Source of the DNA: the human T2T-CHM13v2.0 reference genome, Homo sapiens
DNA: 64,000 bases
Reading direction: 5' to 3' (one strand)
Assembly (NCBI RefSeq): GCF_009914755.1
Contig: NC_060946.1
In this document: in pieces, positions 29,801 through 42,500 of the stretch
How the letters are laid out: every line of letters starts with the position of its first letter
How positions within the stretch are numbered: position 1 is the first letter of the stretch
The notes under the pieces: model-generated
What the model was told of the DNA's origin: nothing
The model's database searches: none
The model's input: only the letters and a program-made list of their open reading frames with translations
Program-made: the position numbers and the translations under genes

Positions 29801-29933
29801 ATATCACCACCCAGTCTATCCTCACCCCACAGCTGTGCAGCGGGAACCCCCTGCTGGCCCACGTGGCTGCCACAGCCCATGCTGGCACGACGCTCCAGCA
29901 GGTCGGCGTCCCTGCGGGCCAAACTACCGGTGA
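26805..29933 (+). CDS. CTD-like repeat protein, type B (1042 aa), unit 4
   Basis: Intact ORF with type B diagnostic residues throughout. Confidence 0.6.
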   Translation: MSAPKNGRVLSGSSYERSPSPDSPRSMRTSPSFPLSPLRNSGLRGSSSPGIRSYHSPSPRASPHSPLSSPESHKLPFPCPHRDGQSMKPLGSPVSSSEDSSESPRSSIIYHMFLLPSPSSSPQALGGSPVSPSYSPNNPRFQLQSAPHTQESPTNSRASLCSTPASFISSPQGLRDSPVAPSYSPAIPRFLRESAPCAQESPRDSQVSGDYERSPSPDSSRFMPASPSFSLSPPRNSDPRGSSSPGMWKSSTSSRRASPLSHPSSTEFHNFTFPIPNQAGQSLMSLCSPVTSSGDSSQSPHSSIIYHMFLLPSSSSSPPATHDSPVCPSYSPTTPRFQRESVPHTPETPTNSQTSVRSSPVSLTSSPPALTDPPVCPSYSPTTPTFQRGSVPGTQGSPPSPPLSLSYSPVSSTSLSPTLRDSPVCPSYSPNTPTLQRESVAGTQKSPPNSPISLRYSPVSLMSSPSLRDSPVCPSYSPTTPTFQLESVPGTPESPPNSPISLSYSSVSSTSLSPTLRDSPVCPSYSPTTPTLQRESVPGTQESPPNSPISLSYSSVSSTSLSPTLRDSPVCPSYSPTTPTLQRESVPGTQESPPNSPISLNYSPVSLVSSPALRDSPVCPSYSPTTPTFQLESVPGTPESPPNSPVSLSYSSVSLMSSPPALRDSPVCPSYSPTMPRFQRESVPGTHVSPPNSAVSLSYSPVSLMSSPPDPWDSPVCPSYSPTTPRFQRESASHTPESDTDSQTSLNSSLVSLRSLPSSHRDSCVSFSYSQNFSRFQLESVPGTHDTPPNSRISLTYSPVSLMFSPPALRDSSVSLSYSPTISRFHLESASHTLESPANSRTLLQPSPISFTSSPPAFRDSPGSPSFSPAFPRFLPQSAPGTQDNPRHSQASPDYLPMTCTYTGMAPTHSSVTPNPSPLTLRHSQGLTATPRYCPSVRSPGQSTSPHDAVTWPFLHGSQEGPTPSRTRAPPAFRPHTQACPSTCYCHTLASRRGPCNGRYHHPVYPHPTAVQREPPAGPRGCHSPCWHDAPAGRRPCGPNYR

Positions 29934-32900
29934 CATGTCTAGCGTGACCCTCCTTCCTGGCAGTGACACTGTTGATGTGAACCCCAATTTCACATCTGTC
30001 ATTTGTAAATAGGACCATTTTCCCTTTTCGCTCTCCCTTCCATTCACAGGGCTTTTCATTCTCTCTGTTACTGCCTCCGTTTCAGATATTTACTCACCTT
30101 TTTCTCTCTCACTATGTCTGCCGTGGTCTCCATGAGAGTGCGCCACATAAGATTCCCCCATTAAAAGTCATGAATTGAGTGGCTTTTAGTATACCTGTGG
30201 TTGTGCACATTCAAATTTAATTCGCAATTCATTGTAGAACGTCTTATCACTCCCGGCCAGAGAAAAACCCTGTAGACATTAGTCACTCCTCATTCTGTCT
30301 CAAACCCTCTCCCTGACCCGCAGCCCTAGGTAGCAACTACCTAGTGCGATCAATCCCATATGCATAGATTACCATATTGTGGACATTTCCTATAAGCGGA
30401 ATTACACAATAGGTGAGCTGTTATGACTGACATAACACGTAGCACAATATTTTCAAGATTCGTCCACATTGTAGGCTTACCCACAGGGGGAAACCATTTT
30501 ATTGGGGGCTTTTAGTAACACCGGTGTTTTCTCCTTCCTTACGTCCTTCTTTCCTTCCTTCCTTCCTTCCTTCCTGACTTCCTTCTTTCCTTCCCTCCTT
30601 CCTCCTATTTCTCTCTAACTCCTTCTGCCCTCTCTCTTTCCTATGCCTTAGGTGCATCCCACATTCTGCGTTTTTTTGGGGAAATCCTCGACAGGTGCAG
30701 GAAAATTGTGTTATTGTAACTATTTACCGTTATCTCTCTTTCACGGCTCTCCATCAGTTGTGAACATCTATTGGTTTATCCCAAGTCACTAAGCATATTT
30801 TCATTAGGTAAACCTGTTTTTCCTTATACAGCTGTTTCTGGAGTATAGGGTCGCATACTCATAAACCCAGTGTAACTCAGAAACGCATCTAATATTCCAG
30901 TAAACCCATCATAACGTTGAAAAATCGTAAATCAAACCATCATAAGTCACGGTTTGTCCGTGGATATGGGCGTCATCAATTCCATTGTATTCAGTAATGC
31001 TGTACACCATTAACAATGGCAGACTGATTGGGAGTGGATATTGATAGCATTATAAAAGTCAGTTATTAGAGGGATACTTCTTTAACCTGACTGAAGAACT
31101 GATCTAATGGCTTTAGTACAGTGCATGATTATGTGCGATGTTTTGAGACAGAGTAGTACATCTGTGAATGAAATTTTATGGCTTTTTTTTCACTTAGTAG
31201 GAACCATTGTGTGTGGAAAAGTGAGAAAATGGCTTTATGCTGTAGGGTCTGGCATTCATTGTAGATGTAAGCTGATTTTTCTGTGAGCAAATCTTATTCA
31301 ATAAAATACTACTCTTTATACTAAAAAACAAAAACAGTGGTGATGTGTGGTCATTATCCTCAGCAAACTTATCCGGGGAAAGAAAACCAAACGCCACAAC
31401 TCACTTATAATGGGAGCTGAAAAATGAGATCCCATGGACACAGGAAGGGGAAGAACACACACTGAGGCCTTCCGGGAGACAGAGCGTTAAGAAAAACAGC
31501 TACTGCATGCTGGGCCTAATACCTAGGTGATGGGTTGACAGGTGCAGCAAACCACCATGGCACACGTTTACCTTAGTAACAAATCTGCACATCCTGCACA
31601 TATACCCCAGAACTTAGGAACGAAACGAAACAAAAGACAACGAAAAAACAATAGCAAAACGCTAAAGGCAAAATAAAGTTTCAAACTGAGAAAGTGACAG
31701 ACCAACGTCTGGTTCAAATCATGGTTCTCAACCCAGGTGCCATAAGGTCGGGATAAAGGATGTGATTACATATTGTCAATAAGACATGCAGCAAATGACC
31801 AGAATGATTATTCTCAACATATGTGTGTCTTCTAATTCAATGGTGACGCTATCTACCGGGACATAGCATTAGATTCCAAAGGGCCGAGTCCCGCCAGACA
31901 GGCCTCCCACACTAATAACAATGGGAAGCCCTACGTTGCTTTACCTGTGCTTCTCAGCCACTGGCTATAAATCAGGTTGCCACCACTCCCAGATTTAGTT
32001 GCATTCATTTGCTGGAAGAGCTCACAGCACGCAGGGAAACACTTACATCTGCCGTTGTATTTTAGCGGACATTGCACAAAGTTCAGAAATAAATGTGGGG
32101 CCCGGCACGTGGGGAGGGGCGCACTACCTTCCAGGAAGTGTTATCCGGAAGCTCTCTGAACCCAGTCCTTTTGGGTTTTGATGGAGACCTCATTCTATAG
32201 GCATGATGGGTTAAACCATAGGCTATTGGTGATCAACTCCACCTGGGGCTCTCCACCCTCCCTGGAAATTGGGGTTGAGGTTTTGCCATTCTCAGTCTGA
32301 CTAAAAGAATTTACCCAAACGGAATTTTAAAACAGATGAGCATAACTGGAATCTTAATTAGATGATTGGATTATCTGGAGCCACACCTTGATATTCCTAA
32401 CCCGAGCACCCTCATCCAACGAATGCTCCACCCAACTGGCTCCCAAGTCTCTACGTGGTTCCAGAGCAAAAGGATGTTGATACAACGCATATCTCCACCT
32501 TTTCTTCAAAGTCTTTTCGCTTACACGGAAAGACTTCTTCAACTGCCATGCATCAGGGTCAGGGGGAGGTCTTGTTACAACCCAGATCTGCGGATCTCCG
32601 GCGTTTGACTGTGGCAAGGATGCTGCTGGTGTCAAAACCACAACGTGGGAACCACAGAACCACTAGTGGGTTTTCAGTGTTTCAGTGCATACAATTCCTA
32701 ATATTTCTGGCCAAGAAAACTTGTAAGTTCTTAGATTGTCCCAAAGGTGGCGCATGAAATCAAAGCAGGAGAACAGTTTCCTACGAGGTGTAGCCTGGGA
32801 AAGTTGGGGGTGACTGATGGAAAGGAGGAGTGAAGCTCCGCCCTTTCCGCTGCTAGGCTGCGCCCGAGGCTATTTAAACCCACCCTGGCTGGCCTGTACT

Positions 32901-33027
32901 CAGATCTTCGCGGAGCGGATCAGCGGCCGGAGCGTTTGGCGGACTCTGCGTGGACTTGGAGCTCACAGCGTCTTGCGACTTGGAAGCGGGTTCAGAGGAC
33001 AGGACAGAACACTTGGGCAAGTGAATC

Positions 33028-33058
<31 letters not shown>

Positions 33059-33233
33059 CATTGGTTGGTTGATTTCCATTTTCTTAAGGGGCACATACCT
33101 CACACCGCACACACACAAACACACACACGCACACACACACGCACACGCACACGCACACACACGCACACACACTCCTTCCTTCTGCGAGTTAGAACATTAG
33201 TAGGGGCCCCTGGGAGCTGCAGGTTTCCTAATC

Positions 33234-36215
33234 ATGTCTGCACCTAAGAACAGTAGGGTCTTGTCTGGCTCTTCTTATGAACGGTTCCCCAGCCCGGACT
33301 CCCCAAGGTCCATGCGAGCCTCACCCAGCTTCTCCCTCTCCCCTCTCAGAAACTCAGGCTTAAGGGGAAGCTCCTCACCAGGGATCCGGAGCTACCATTC
33401 ACCATCCCCTAGGGCTTCACCACACTCACCTCTGTCGTCACCAGAATCCCACAAGCTCCCATTTCCCTGTCCTCACCGTGATGGGCAATCAATGAAGCCA
33501 TTGGGCTCTCCCGTGTCCTCTTCTGAGGATTCCTCAGAGTCCCCACGTTCATCAATAATATACCACATGTTCTTACTGCCATCACCCAGCAGCTCACCCC
33601 CAGCTCTCGGGGGGTCTCCTGTGTCTCCCAGCTACTCTCCAAACAACCCCAGATTTCAGCTGCGGTCAGCCCCCCACACCCAGGAATCACCTACAAACTC
33701 ACGAGCCTCACTTTGCTCCACCCCCGTGTCTTTCATCTCTTCACCCCCAGGCCTCAGGGACTCTCCTGTGGCTCCCAGTTACTCTCCAGCCATCCCCAGG
33801 TTCCTGCGGGAGTCAGCCCCATGCGCCCAGGAGTCCCCCAGAGACTCACAGGTCTCGGGAGATTATGAGCGGTCCCCCAGCCCTGACTCCTCAAGATTCA
33901 TGTCTGTCTCACCCAGCTTCTCCCTCTCCCCTCCCAGAAACTCAGACCCAAGGGGCAGCTCCTCACCAGGGATGTGGAAGTCCTCTACATCATCCCGCAG
34001 GGCTTCACCACTCTCACATCCGTCATCAACAGAATTCCACAACTTTACGTTTCCCTTTCCTAACCAAGCAGGACAGTCACTCATGTCATTGTGTTCTCCC
34101 GTGACCTCCTCTGGAGATTCTTCACAGTCACCTCATTCATCAATAATATACCATATGTTCTTACTGCCATCATCCAGCAGCTCACCCCCAGCCACCCATG
34201 ACTCTCCTGTCTGTCCCAGCTACTCTCCAACTACGCCCAGATTTCAGCGGGAGTCTGTACCCCACACCACAGAAACACCTACAAACTCACAGACCTCAGT
34301 GAGATCCTCGCCAGTCTCTCTCACGTCTTCACCCCCAGCCCTTACGGACCCTCCAGTCTGTCCCAGCTACTCTCCAACCACGCCCACATTTCAGCGCGGG
34401 TCAGTTCCAGGAACCCAGGGATCACCACCAAGCCCACCGCTTTCACTGAGTTACTCCCCAGTCTCTAGCACGTCTTTATCTCCAACCCTCAGGGACTCGC
34501 CTGTCTGTCCCAGCTACTCTCCAAACACGCCCACACTTCAGCGGGAGTCCGTTGCAGGCACCCAGAAGTCACCATCAAACTCACCAATTTCACTGCGTTA
34601 CTCCCCAGTCTCTCTCATGTCTTCACCATCCCTCAGGGACTCTCCCGTCTGTCCCAGCTACTCTCCAACCACGCCCACATTTCAGCTGGAGTCAGTTCCA
34701 GGCACCCAGGAATCACCACCAAACTCACCAATTTCACTCAGTTACTCCTCAGTCTCTAGCACGTCTTTATCTCCAACCCTCAGGGACTCTCCTGTGTGTC
34801 CCAGCTACTCTCCAACCACGCCCACACTTCAGCGGGAGTCAGTTCCAGGCACCCAGGAATCACCACCAAACTCACCAATTTCACTCAATTACTCTCCAGT
34901 CTCTCTCGTGTCTTCACCAGCCCTCAGGGACTCTCCTGTCTGTCCCAGCTACTCTCCAACCACGCCCACATTTCAGCTGGAGTCAGTTCCAGGCACCCCG
35001 GAGTCACCACCAAACTCACCAGTTTCACTCAGTTACTCCCCGGTCTCTCTCATGTCTTCACCCCCAGCCCTCAGGGACTCTCCTGTGCGTCCCAGCTACT
35101 CTCCAACCATGCCCAGATTTCAGCGGGAGTCAGTTCCAGGCACCCATGTGTCATCACCAAACTCAGCAGTTTCACTGAGTTACTCCCCAGTCTCTCTCAT
35201 GTCTTCACCCCCAGACCCCTGGGACTCTCCTGTCTGTCCCAGCTACTCTCCCACCACGCCCAGATTTCAGCGGGAGTCAGCCTCCCACACTCCGGAATCA
35301 GATACAGACTCACAGACTTCACTGAGCTCCTCCCTGGTCTCTCTCAGGTCTTTGCCCTCATCCCACAGGGACTCTTGTGTCTCTTTCAGCTACTCTCAAA
35401 ACTTCTCTAGATTCCAGCTGGAGTCAGTTCCAGGCACCCACGATACACCACCGAACTCACGAATTTCACTGACTTACTCCCCTGTCTCCCTCATGTTCTC
35501 ACCCCCAGCCCTCAGGGACTCTTCTGTCTCTCTCAGCTACTCTCCAACCATCTCCAGATTTCACCTGGAGTCAGCTTCCCACACCCTGGAATCACCTGCA
35601 AACTCACGGACCTTACTGCAACCATCCCCCATTTCTTTCACCTATTCACCCCCTGCCTTCAGGGACTCTCCTGGGTCTCCCAGCTTCTCTCCAGCCTTCC
35701 CCAGATTTCTGCCACAGTCAGCCCCAGGCACCCAGGACAACCCTAGACACTCACAGGCCTCACCAGACTATCTCCCTATGACCTGTACCTATACAGGGAT
35801 GGCTCCCACGCATCCCTCAGTGACCCCAAACCCATCTCAACTTACACTCAGGCACTCCCAGGGCCTGACAGCTACACCCCGTTATTGTCCTTCAGTTCGA
35901 AGCCCTGGCCAATCTACTAGCCCACATGACGCAGTTACCTGGCCATTTCTCCACGGTTCCCGGGAGGGCCCCACACCCAGCCGCACAAGAGCCCCTCCTG
36001 CATTCCGTCCTCACACGCAGGCCTGTCCATCTACTTGCTACTGTCACACTCTTGCCAGCAGAAGAGGCCCCTGTAATGGCCGATATCACCACCCAGTCTA
36101 TCCTCACCCCACAGCTGTGCAGCGGGAACCCCCTGCTGGCCCACGTGGCTGCCACAGCCCATGCTGGCACGACGCTCCAGCAGGTCGGCGTCCCTGCGGG
36201 CCAAACTACCGGTGA
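33234..36215 (+). CDS. CTD-like repeat protein, type A (993 aa), unit 5
   Basis: Intact ORF; has a private FTYSPP variant. Confidence 0.6.
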   Translation: MSAPKNSRVLSGSSYERFPSPDSPRSMRASPSFSLSPLRNSGLRGSSSPGIRSYHSPSPRASPHSPLSSPESHKLPFPCPHRDGQSMKPLGSPVSSSEDSSESPRSSIIYHMFLLPSPSSSPPALGGSPVSPSYSPNNPRFQLRSAPHTQESPTNSRASLCSTPVSFISSPPGLRDSPVAPSYSPAIPRFLRESAPCAQESPRDSQVSGDYERSPSPDSSRFMSVSPSFSLSPPRNSDPRGSSSPGMWKSSTSSRRASPLSHPSSTEFHNFTFPFPNQAGQSLMSLCSPVTSSGDSSQSPHSSIIYHMFLLPSSSSSPPATHDSPVCPSYSPTTPRFQRESVPHTTETPTNSQTSVRSSPVSLTSSPPALTDPPVCPSYSPTTPTFQRGSVPGTQGSPPSPPLSLSYSPVSSTSLSPTLRDSPVCPSYSPNTPTLQRESVAGTQKSPSNSPISLRYSPVSLMSSPSLRDSPVCPSYSPTTPTFQLESVPGTQESPPNSPISLSYSSVSSTSLSPTLRDSPVCPSYSPTTPTLQRESVPGTQESPPNSPISLNYSPVSLVSSPALRDSPVCPSYSPTTPTFQLESVPGTPESPPNSPVSLSYSPVSLMSSPPALRDSPVRPSYSPTMPRFQRESVPGTHVSSPNSAVSLSYSPVSLMSSPPDPWDSPVCPSYSPTTPRFQRESASHTPESDTDSQTSLSSSLVSLRSLPSSHRDSCVSFSYSQNFSRFQLESVPGTHDTPPNSRISLTYSPVSLMFSPPALRDSSVSLSYSPTISRFHLESASHTLESPANSRTLLQPSPISFTYSPPAFRDSPGSPSFSPAFPRFLPQSAPGTQDNPRHSQASPDYLPMTCTYTGMAPTHPSVTPNPSQLTLRHSQGLTATPRYCPSVRSPGQSTSPHDAVTWPFLHGSREGPTPSRTRAPPAFRPHTQACPSTCYCHTLASRRGPCNGRYHHPVYPHPTAVQREPPAGPRGCHSPCWHDAPAGRRPCGPNYR

Positions 36216-39200
36216 CATGTCTAGCGTGACCCTCCTTCCTGGCAGTGACACTGTTGATGTGAACCCCAATTTCACATCTGTCATTTGTAAATAGGACCAT
36301 TTTCCCTTTTCGCTCTCCCTTCCATTCACAGGGCTTTTCATTCTCTCTGTTACTGCCTCCGTTTCAGATATTTACTCACCTTTTTCTCTCTCACTATGTC
36401 TGCCGTGGGCTCCATGAGAGTGCGCCACATAAGATTCCCCCATTAAAAGTCATGAATTGAGTGGCTTTTAGTATACCTGTGGTTGTGCACATTCAAATTT
36501 AATTCGCAATTCATTGTAGAACGTCTTATCACTCCCGGCCAGAGAAAAACCCTGTAGACATTAGTCACTCCTCATTCTGTCTCAAACCCTCTCCCTGACC
36601 CTCAGCCCTAGGTAGCAACTACCTAGTGCGATCAATCCCATATGCATAGATTATCATATTGTGGACATTTCCTATAAGCGGAATTACACAATAGGTGAGC
36701 TGTTATGACTGACATAACACGTAGCACAATATTTTCAAGATTCGTCCACATTGTAGGCTTACCCACAGGGGGAAACCATTTTATTGGGGGCTTTTAGTAA
36801 CACCGGTGTTTTCTCCTTCCTTACATCCTTCTTTCCATCCTTCCTTCCTTCCTTCCTTCCTTCCTTCCTTCCTGACTTCCTTCTTTCCTTCCCTCCTTCC
36901 TCCTATTTCTCTCTTACTCCTTCTGCCCTCTCTCTTTCCTATGCCTTAGGTGCATCCCACATTCTGCGTTTTTTTGGGGGAAATCCTCGACAGGTGCAGG
37001 AAAATTGTGTTATTGTAACTATTTACCGTTATCTCTCTTTCACGGCTCTCCATCAGTTGTGAACATCTATTGGTTTATCCCAAGTCACTAAGCATATTTT
37101 CATTAGGTAAACCTGTTTTTCCTTATACAGCTGTTTCTGGAGTATAGGGTCGCATACTCATAAACCCAGTGTAACTCAGAAACGCATCTAATATTCCAGT
37201 AAACCCATCATAACGTTGAAAAATCGTAAATCAAACCATCATAAGTCACGGTTTGTCCGTGGATATGGGCGTCATCAATTCCATTGTATTCAGTAATGCT
37301 GTACACCATTAACAATGGCAGACTGATTGGGAGTGGATATTGATAGCATTATAAAAGTCAGTTATTAGAGGGATACTTCTTTAACCTGACTGAAGAACTG
37401 ATCTAATGGCTTTAGTACAGTGCATGATTATGTGCGATGTTTTGAGACAGAGTAGTGCATTTGTGAATGAAATTTTATGGCTTTTTTTTCACTTAGTAGG
37501 AACCATTGTGTGTGGAAAAGTGAGAAAATGGCTTTCTGCTGTAGGGTCTGGCATTCATTGTAGATGTAAGCTTATTTTTCTGTGAGCAAATCTTATTCAA
37601 TAAAATACTACTCTTTATACTAAAAAACAAAAACAGTGGTGATGTGTGGTCATTACCCTCAGCAAACTTATCCAGGGAAAAGAAAACCAAACGCCACAAC
37701 TCACTTATAATGGGAGCTGAAAAATGAGATCCCATGGACACAGGAAGGGGAACAACACACACTGGGGCCTTCCGGGAGACAGAGCGTTAAGAAAAACAGC
37801 TACTGCATGCTGGGCCTAATACCTAGGTGATGGGTTGACAGGTGCAGCAAACCACCATGGCACACGTTAACCTTAGTAACAAATCTGCACATCCTGCACA
37901 TATACCCCAGAACTTAGGAACGAAACGAAACAAAAGACAACGAAAAAGCAACAGCAAAACGCTAAAGGCAAAATAGAGTTTCAAACTGAGAAAGTGACAG
38001 ACCAACGTCTGGTTCAAATCATGGTTCTCAACCCAGGTGCCATAAGGTCGGGATAAAGGATGTGGTTACATATTTTCAATAAGACATGCAGCAAATGACC
38101 AGAATGATTATTCTCAACATATGTGTGTCTTCTAATTCAATGGTGACGCTATCTACCGGGACATAGCATTAGATTCCAAAGGGCCGAGTCCCGCCAGACA
38201 GGCCTCCCACACTAATAACAATGGGAAGCCCTACGTTGCTTTACCTGTGCTTCTCAGCCACTGGCTATAAATCAGGTTGCCACCACTCCCAGATTTAGTT
38301 GCATTCATTTGCTGGAAGAGCTCACAGCACGCAGGGAAACACTTACATTTGCCGTTGTATTTTAGCGGACATTGCACAAAGTTCAGAAAAAAATGTGGGG
38401 CCCGGCATGTGGGGAGGGGCGCACTACCTTCCAGGAAGTGCTATCCAGAAGCTCTCTGAACCCAGTCCTTTTGGGTTTTGATGGAGACCTCATTCTATAG
38501 GCATGATGGGTTAAACCATAGGCTATTGGTGATCAACTCCACCTGGGGCTCTCCACCCTCCCTGGAAATTGGGGTTGAGGCTTTGCCATCCTCAGTCTGA
38601 CTAAAAGAATTTACCCAAACGGAATTTTAAAACAGATGAGCATAACTGGAATCTTAATTAGATGATTGGATTATCTGGAGCCACACCTTGATATTCCTAA
38701 CCCGAGCACCCTCATCCAACGAATGCTCCACCCAACTGGCTCCCAAGTCTCTACGTGGTTCCAGAGCAAAAGGATGTTGATACAACGCATATCTCCACCT
38801 TTTCTTCAAAGTCTTTTCGCTTACACGGAAAGACTTCTTCAACTGCCATGCATCAGGGTCAGGGGGAGGTCTTGTTACAACCCAGATCTGCGGATCTCCG
38901 GCGTTTGACTGTGGCAAGGATGCTGCTGGTGTCAAAACCACAACGTGGGAACCACAGAACCACTAGTGGGTTTTCAGTGTTTCAGTGCATACAATTCCTA
39001 ATATATCTGGCCAAGAAAACTTGTAAGTTCTTAGATTGTCCCAAAGGTGGCGCATGAAATCAAAGCAGGAGAACAGTTTCCTACGAGGTGTAGCCTGGGA
39101 AAGTTGGGGGTGACTGATGGAAAGGAGGAGTGAAGCTCCGCCCTTTCCGCTGCTAGGCTGCGCCCGAGGCTATTTAAACCCACCCTGGCTGGCCTGTACT

Positions 39201-39529
39201 CAGATCTTCGCGGAGCGGATCAGCGGCCGGAGCGTTTGGTGGACTCTGCGTGGACTTGGAGCTCACAGCGTCTTGCGACTTGGAAGCGGATTCAGAGGAC
39301 AGGACAGAACACTTGGGCAAGTGAATCTCTGTCTGTCTGTCTGTCTGTCTGTCTCATTGGTTGGTTGATTTCCATTTTCTTAAGGGGCACATACCTCACA
39401 CCGCACACACACAAACACACACACGCACACACACACGCACACGCACACGCACACACACGCACACACACTCCTTCCTTCTGCGAGTTAGAACATTAGTAGG
39501 GGCCCCTGGGAGCTGCAGGTTTCCTAATC

Positions 39530-42500
39530 ATGTCTGCACCTAAGAACGGTAGGGTCTTGTCTGGCTCTTCTTATGAACGGTCCCCCAGCCCGGACTCCCC
39601 AAGGTCCATGCGAACCTCACCCAGCTTCCCCCTCTCCCCTCTCAGAAACTCAGGCTTAAGGGGAAGCTCCTCACCAGGGATCCGGAGCTACCATTCACCA
39701 TCCCCTAGGGCTTCACCACACTCACCTCTGTCATCACCAGAATCCCACAAGCTCCCATTTCCCTGTCCTCACCGTGATGGGCAATCAATGAAGCCATTGG
39801 GCTCTCCAGTGTCCTCCTCTGAGGATTCCTCAGAGTCCCCACGTTCATCAATAATATACCACATGTTCTTACTGCCATCACCCAGCAGCTCACCCCAGGC
39901 TCTCGGGGGGTCTCCCGTGTCTCCCAGCTACTCTCCAAACAACCCCAGATTTCAGCTGCAGTCAGCCCCCCACACCCAGGAATCACCTACAAACTCACGA
40001 GCCTCACTTTGCTCCACCCCTGCGTCTTTCATCTCTTCACCCCAAGGCCTCAGGGACTCTCCTGTGGCTCCCAGTTACTCTCCAGCCATCCCCAGGTTCC
40101 TGCGGGAGTCAGCCCCATGCGCCCAGGAGTCCCCCAGAGACTCACAGGTCTCGGGAGATTATGAGCGGTCCCCCAGCCCTGACTCCTCAAGATTCATGCC
40201 TGCCTCACCCAGCTTCTCCCTCTCCCCTCCCAGAAACTCAGACCCAAGGGGCAGCTCCTCACCAGGGATGTGGAAGTCCTCTACATCATCCCGCAGGGCT
40301 TCACCACTCTCACATCCGTCATCAACAGAATTCCACAACTTTACGTTTCCCATTCCTAACCAAGCAGGACAGTCACTCATGTCATTGTGTTCTCCCGTGA
40401 CCTCCTCTGGAGATTCTTCACAGTCACCTCATTCATCAATAATATACCATATGTTCTTACTGCCATCATCCAGCAGCTCACCCCCAGCCACCCATGACTC
40501 TCCTGTCTGTCCCAGCTACTCTCCAACTACGCCCAGATTTCAGCGGGAGTCTGTACCCCACACCCCAGAAACACCTACAAACTCACAGACCTCAGTGAGA
40601 TCCTCGCCAGTCTCTCTCACGTCTTCACCCCCAGCCCTTACGGACCCTCCAGTCTGTCCCAGCTACTCTCCAACCACGCCCACATTTCAGCGCGGGTCAG
40701 TTCCAGGAACCCAGGGATCACCACCAAGCCCACCGCTTTCACTGAGTTACTCCCCAGTCTCTAGCACGTCTTTATCTCCAACCCTCAGGGACTCGCCTGT
40801 CTGTCCCAGCTACTCTCCAAACACGCCCACACTTCAGCGGGAGTCCGTTGCAGGCACCCAGAAGTCACCACCAAACTCACCAATTTCACTGCGTTACTCC
40901 CCAGTCTCTCTCATGTCTTCACCATCCCTCAGGGACTCTCCCGTCTGTCCCAGCTACTCTCCAACCACGCCCACATTTCAGCTGGAGTCAGTTCCAGGCA
41001 CCCCGGAATCACCACCAAACTCACCAATTTCACTCAGTTACTCCTCAGTCTCTAGCACGTCTCTATCTCCAACCCTCAGGGACTCTCCTGTGTGTCCCAG
41101 CTACTCTCCAACCACGCCCACACTTCAGCGGGAGTCAGTTCCAGGCACCCAGGAATCACCACCAAACTCACCAATTTCACTCAGTTACTCCTCAGTCTCT
41201 AGCACGTCTTTATCTCCAACCCTCAGGGACTCTCCTGTGTGTCCCAGCTACTCTCCAACCACGCCCACACTTCAGCGGGAGTCAGTTCCAGGCACCCAGG
41301 AATCACCACCAAACTCACCAATTTCACTCAATTACTCTCCAGTCTCTCTCGTGTCTTCACCAGCCCTCAGGGACTCTCCTGTCTGTCCCAGCTACTCTCC
41401 AACCACGCCCACATTTCAGCTGGAGTCAGTTCCAGGCACCCCGGAGTCACCACCAAACTCACCGGTTTCACTCAGTTACTCCTCGGTCTCTCTCATGTCT
41501 TCACCCCCAGCCCTCAGGGACTCTCCTGTGTGTCCCAGCTACTCTCCAACCATGCCCAGATTTCAGCGGGAGTCAGTTCCAGGCACCCATGTATCACCAC
41601 CAAACTCAGCAGTTTCACTGAGTTACTCCCCAGTCTCTCTCATGTCTTCACCCCCAGACCCCTGGGACTCTCCTGTCTGTCCCAGCTACTCTCCCACCAC
41701 GCCCAGATTTCAGCGGGAGTCAGCCTCCCACACTCCGGAATCAGATACAGACTCACAGACCTCACTGAACTCCTCCCTGGTCTCTCTCAGGTCTTTGCCC
41801 TCATCCCACAGGGACTCTTGTGTCTCTTTCAGCTACTCTCAAAACTTCTCTAGATTCCAGCTGGAGTCAGTTCCAGGCACCCACGATACACCACCGAACT
41901 CACGAATTTCACTGACTTACTCCCCAGTCTCCCTCATGTTCTCACCCCCAGCCCTCAGGGACTCTTCTGTCTCTCTCAGCTACTCTCCAACCATCTCCAG
42001 ATTTCACCTGGAGTCAGCTTCCCACACCCTGGAATCACCTGCAAACTCACGGACCTTACTGCAACCATCCCCCATTTCTTTCACCTCTTCACCCCCTGCC
42101 TTCAGGGACTCTCCTGGGTCTCCCAGCTTCTCTCCAGCCTTCCCCAGATTTCTGCCACAGTCAGCCCCAGGCACCCAGGACAACCCTAGACACTCACAGG
42201 CCTCACCAGACTATCTCCCTATGACCTGTACCTATACAGGGATGGCTCCCACGCATAGCTCAGTGACCCCAAACCCATCTCCACTTACACTCAGGCACTC
42301 CCAGGGCCTGACAGCTACTCCCCGTTATTGTCCTTCAGTTCGAAGCCCTGGCCAATCTACTAGCCCACATGACGCAGTTACCTGGCCATTTCTCCACGGT
42401 TCCCAGGAGGGCCCCACACCCAGCCGCACAAGAGCCCCTCCTGCATTCCGTCCTCACACGCAGGCCTGTCCATCTACTTGCTACTGTCACACTCTTGCCA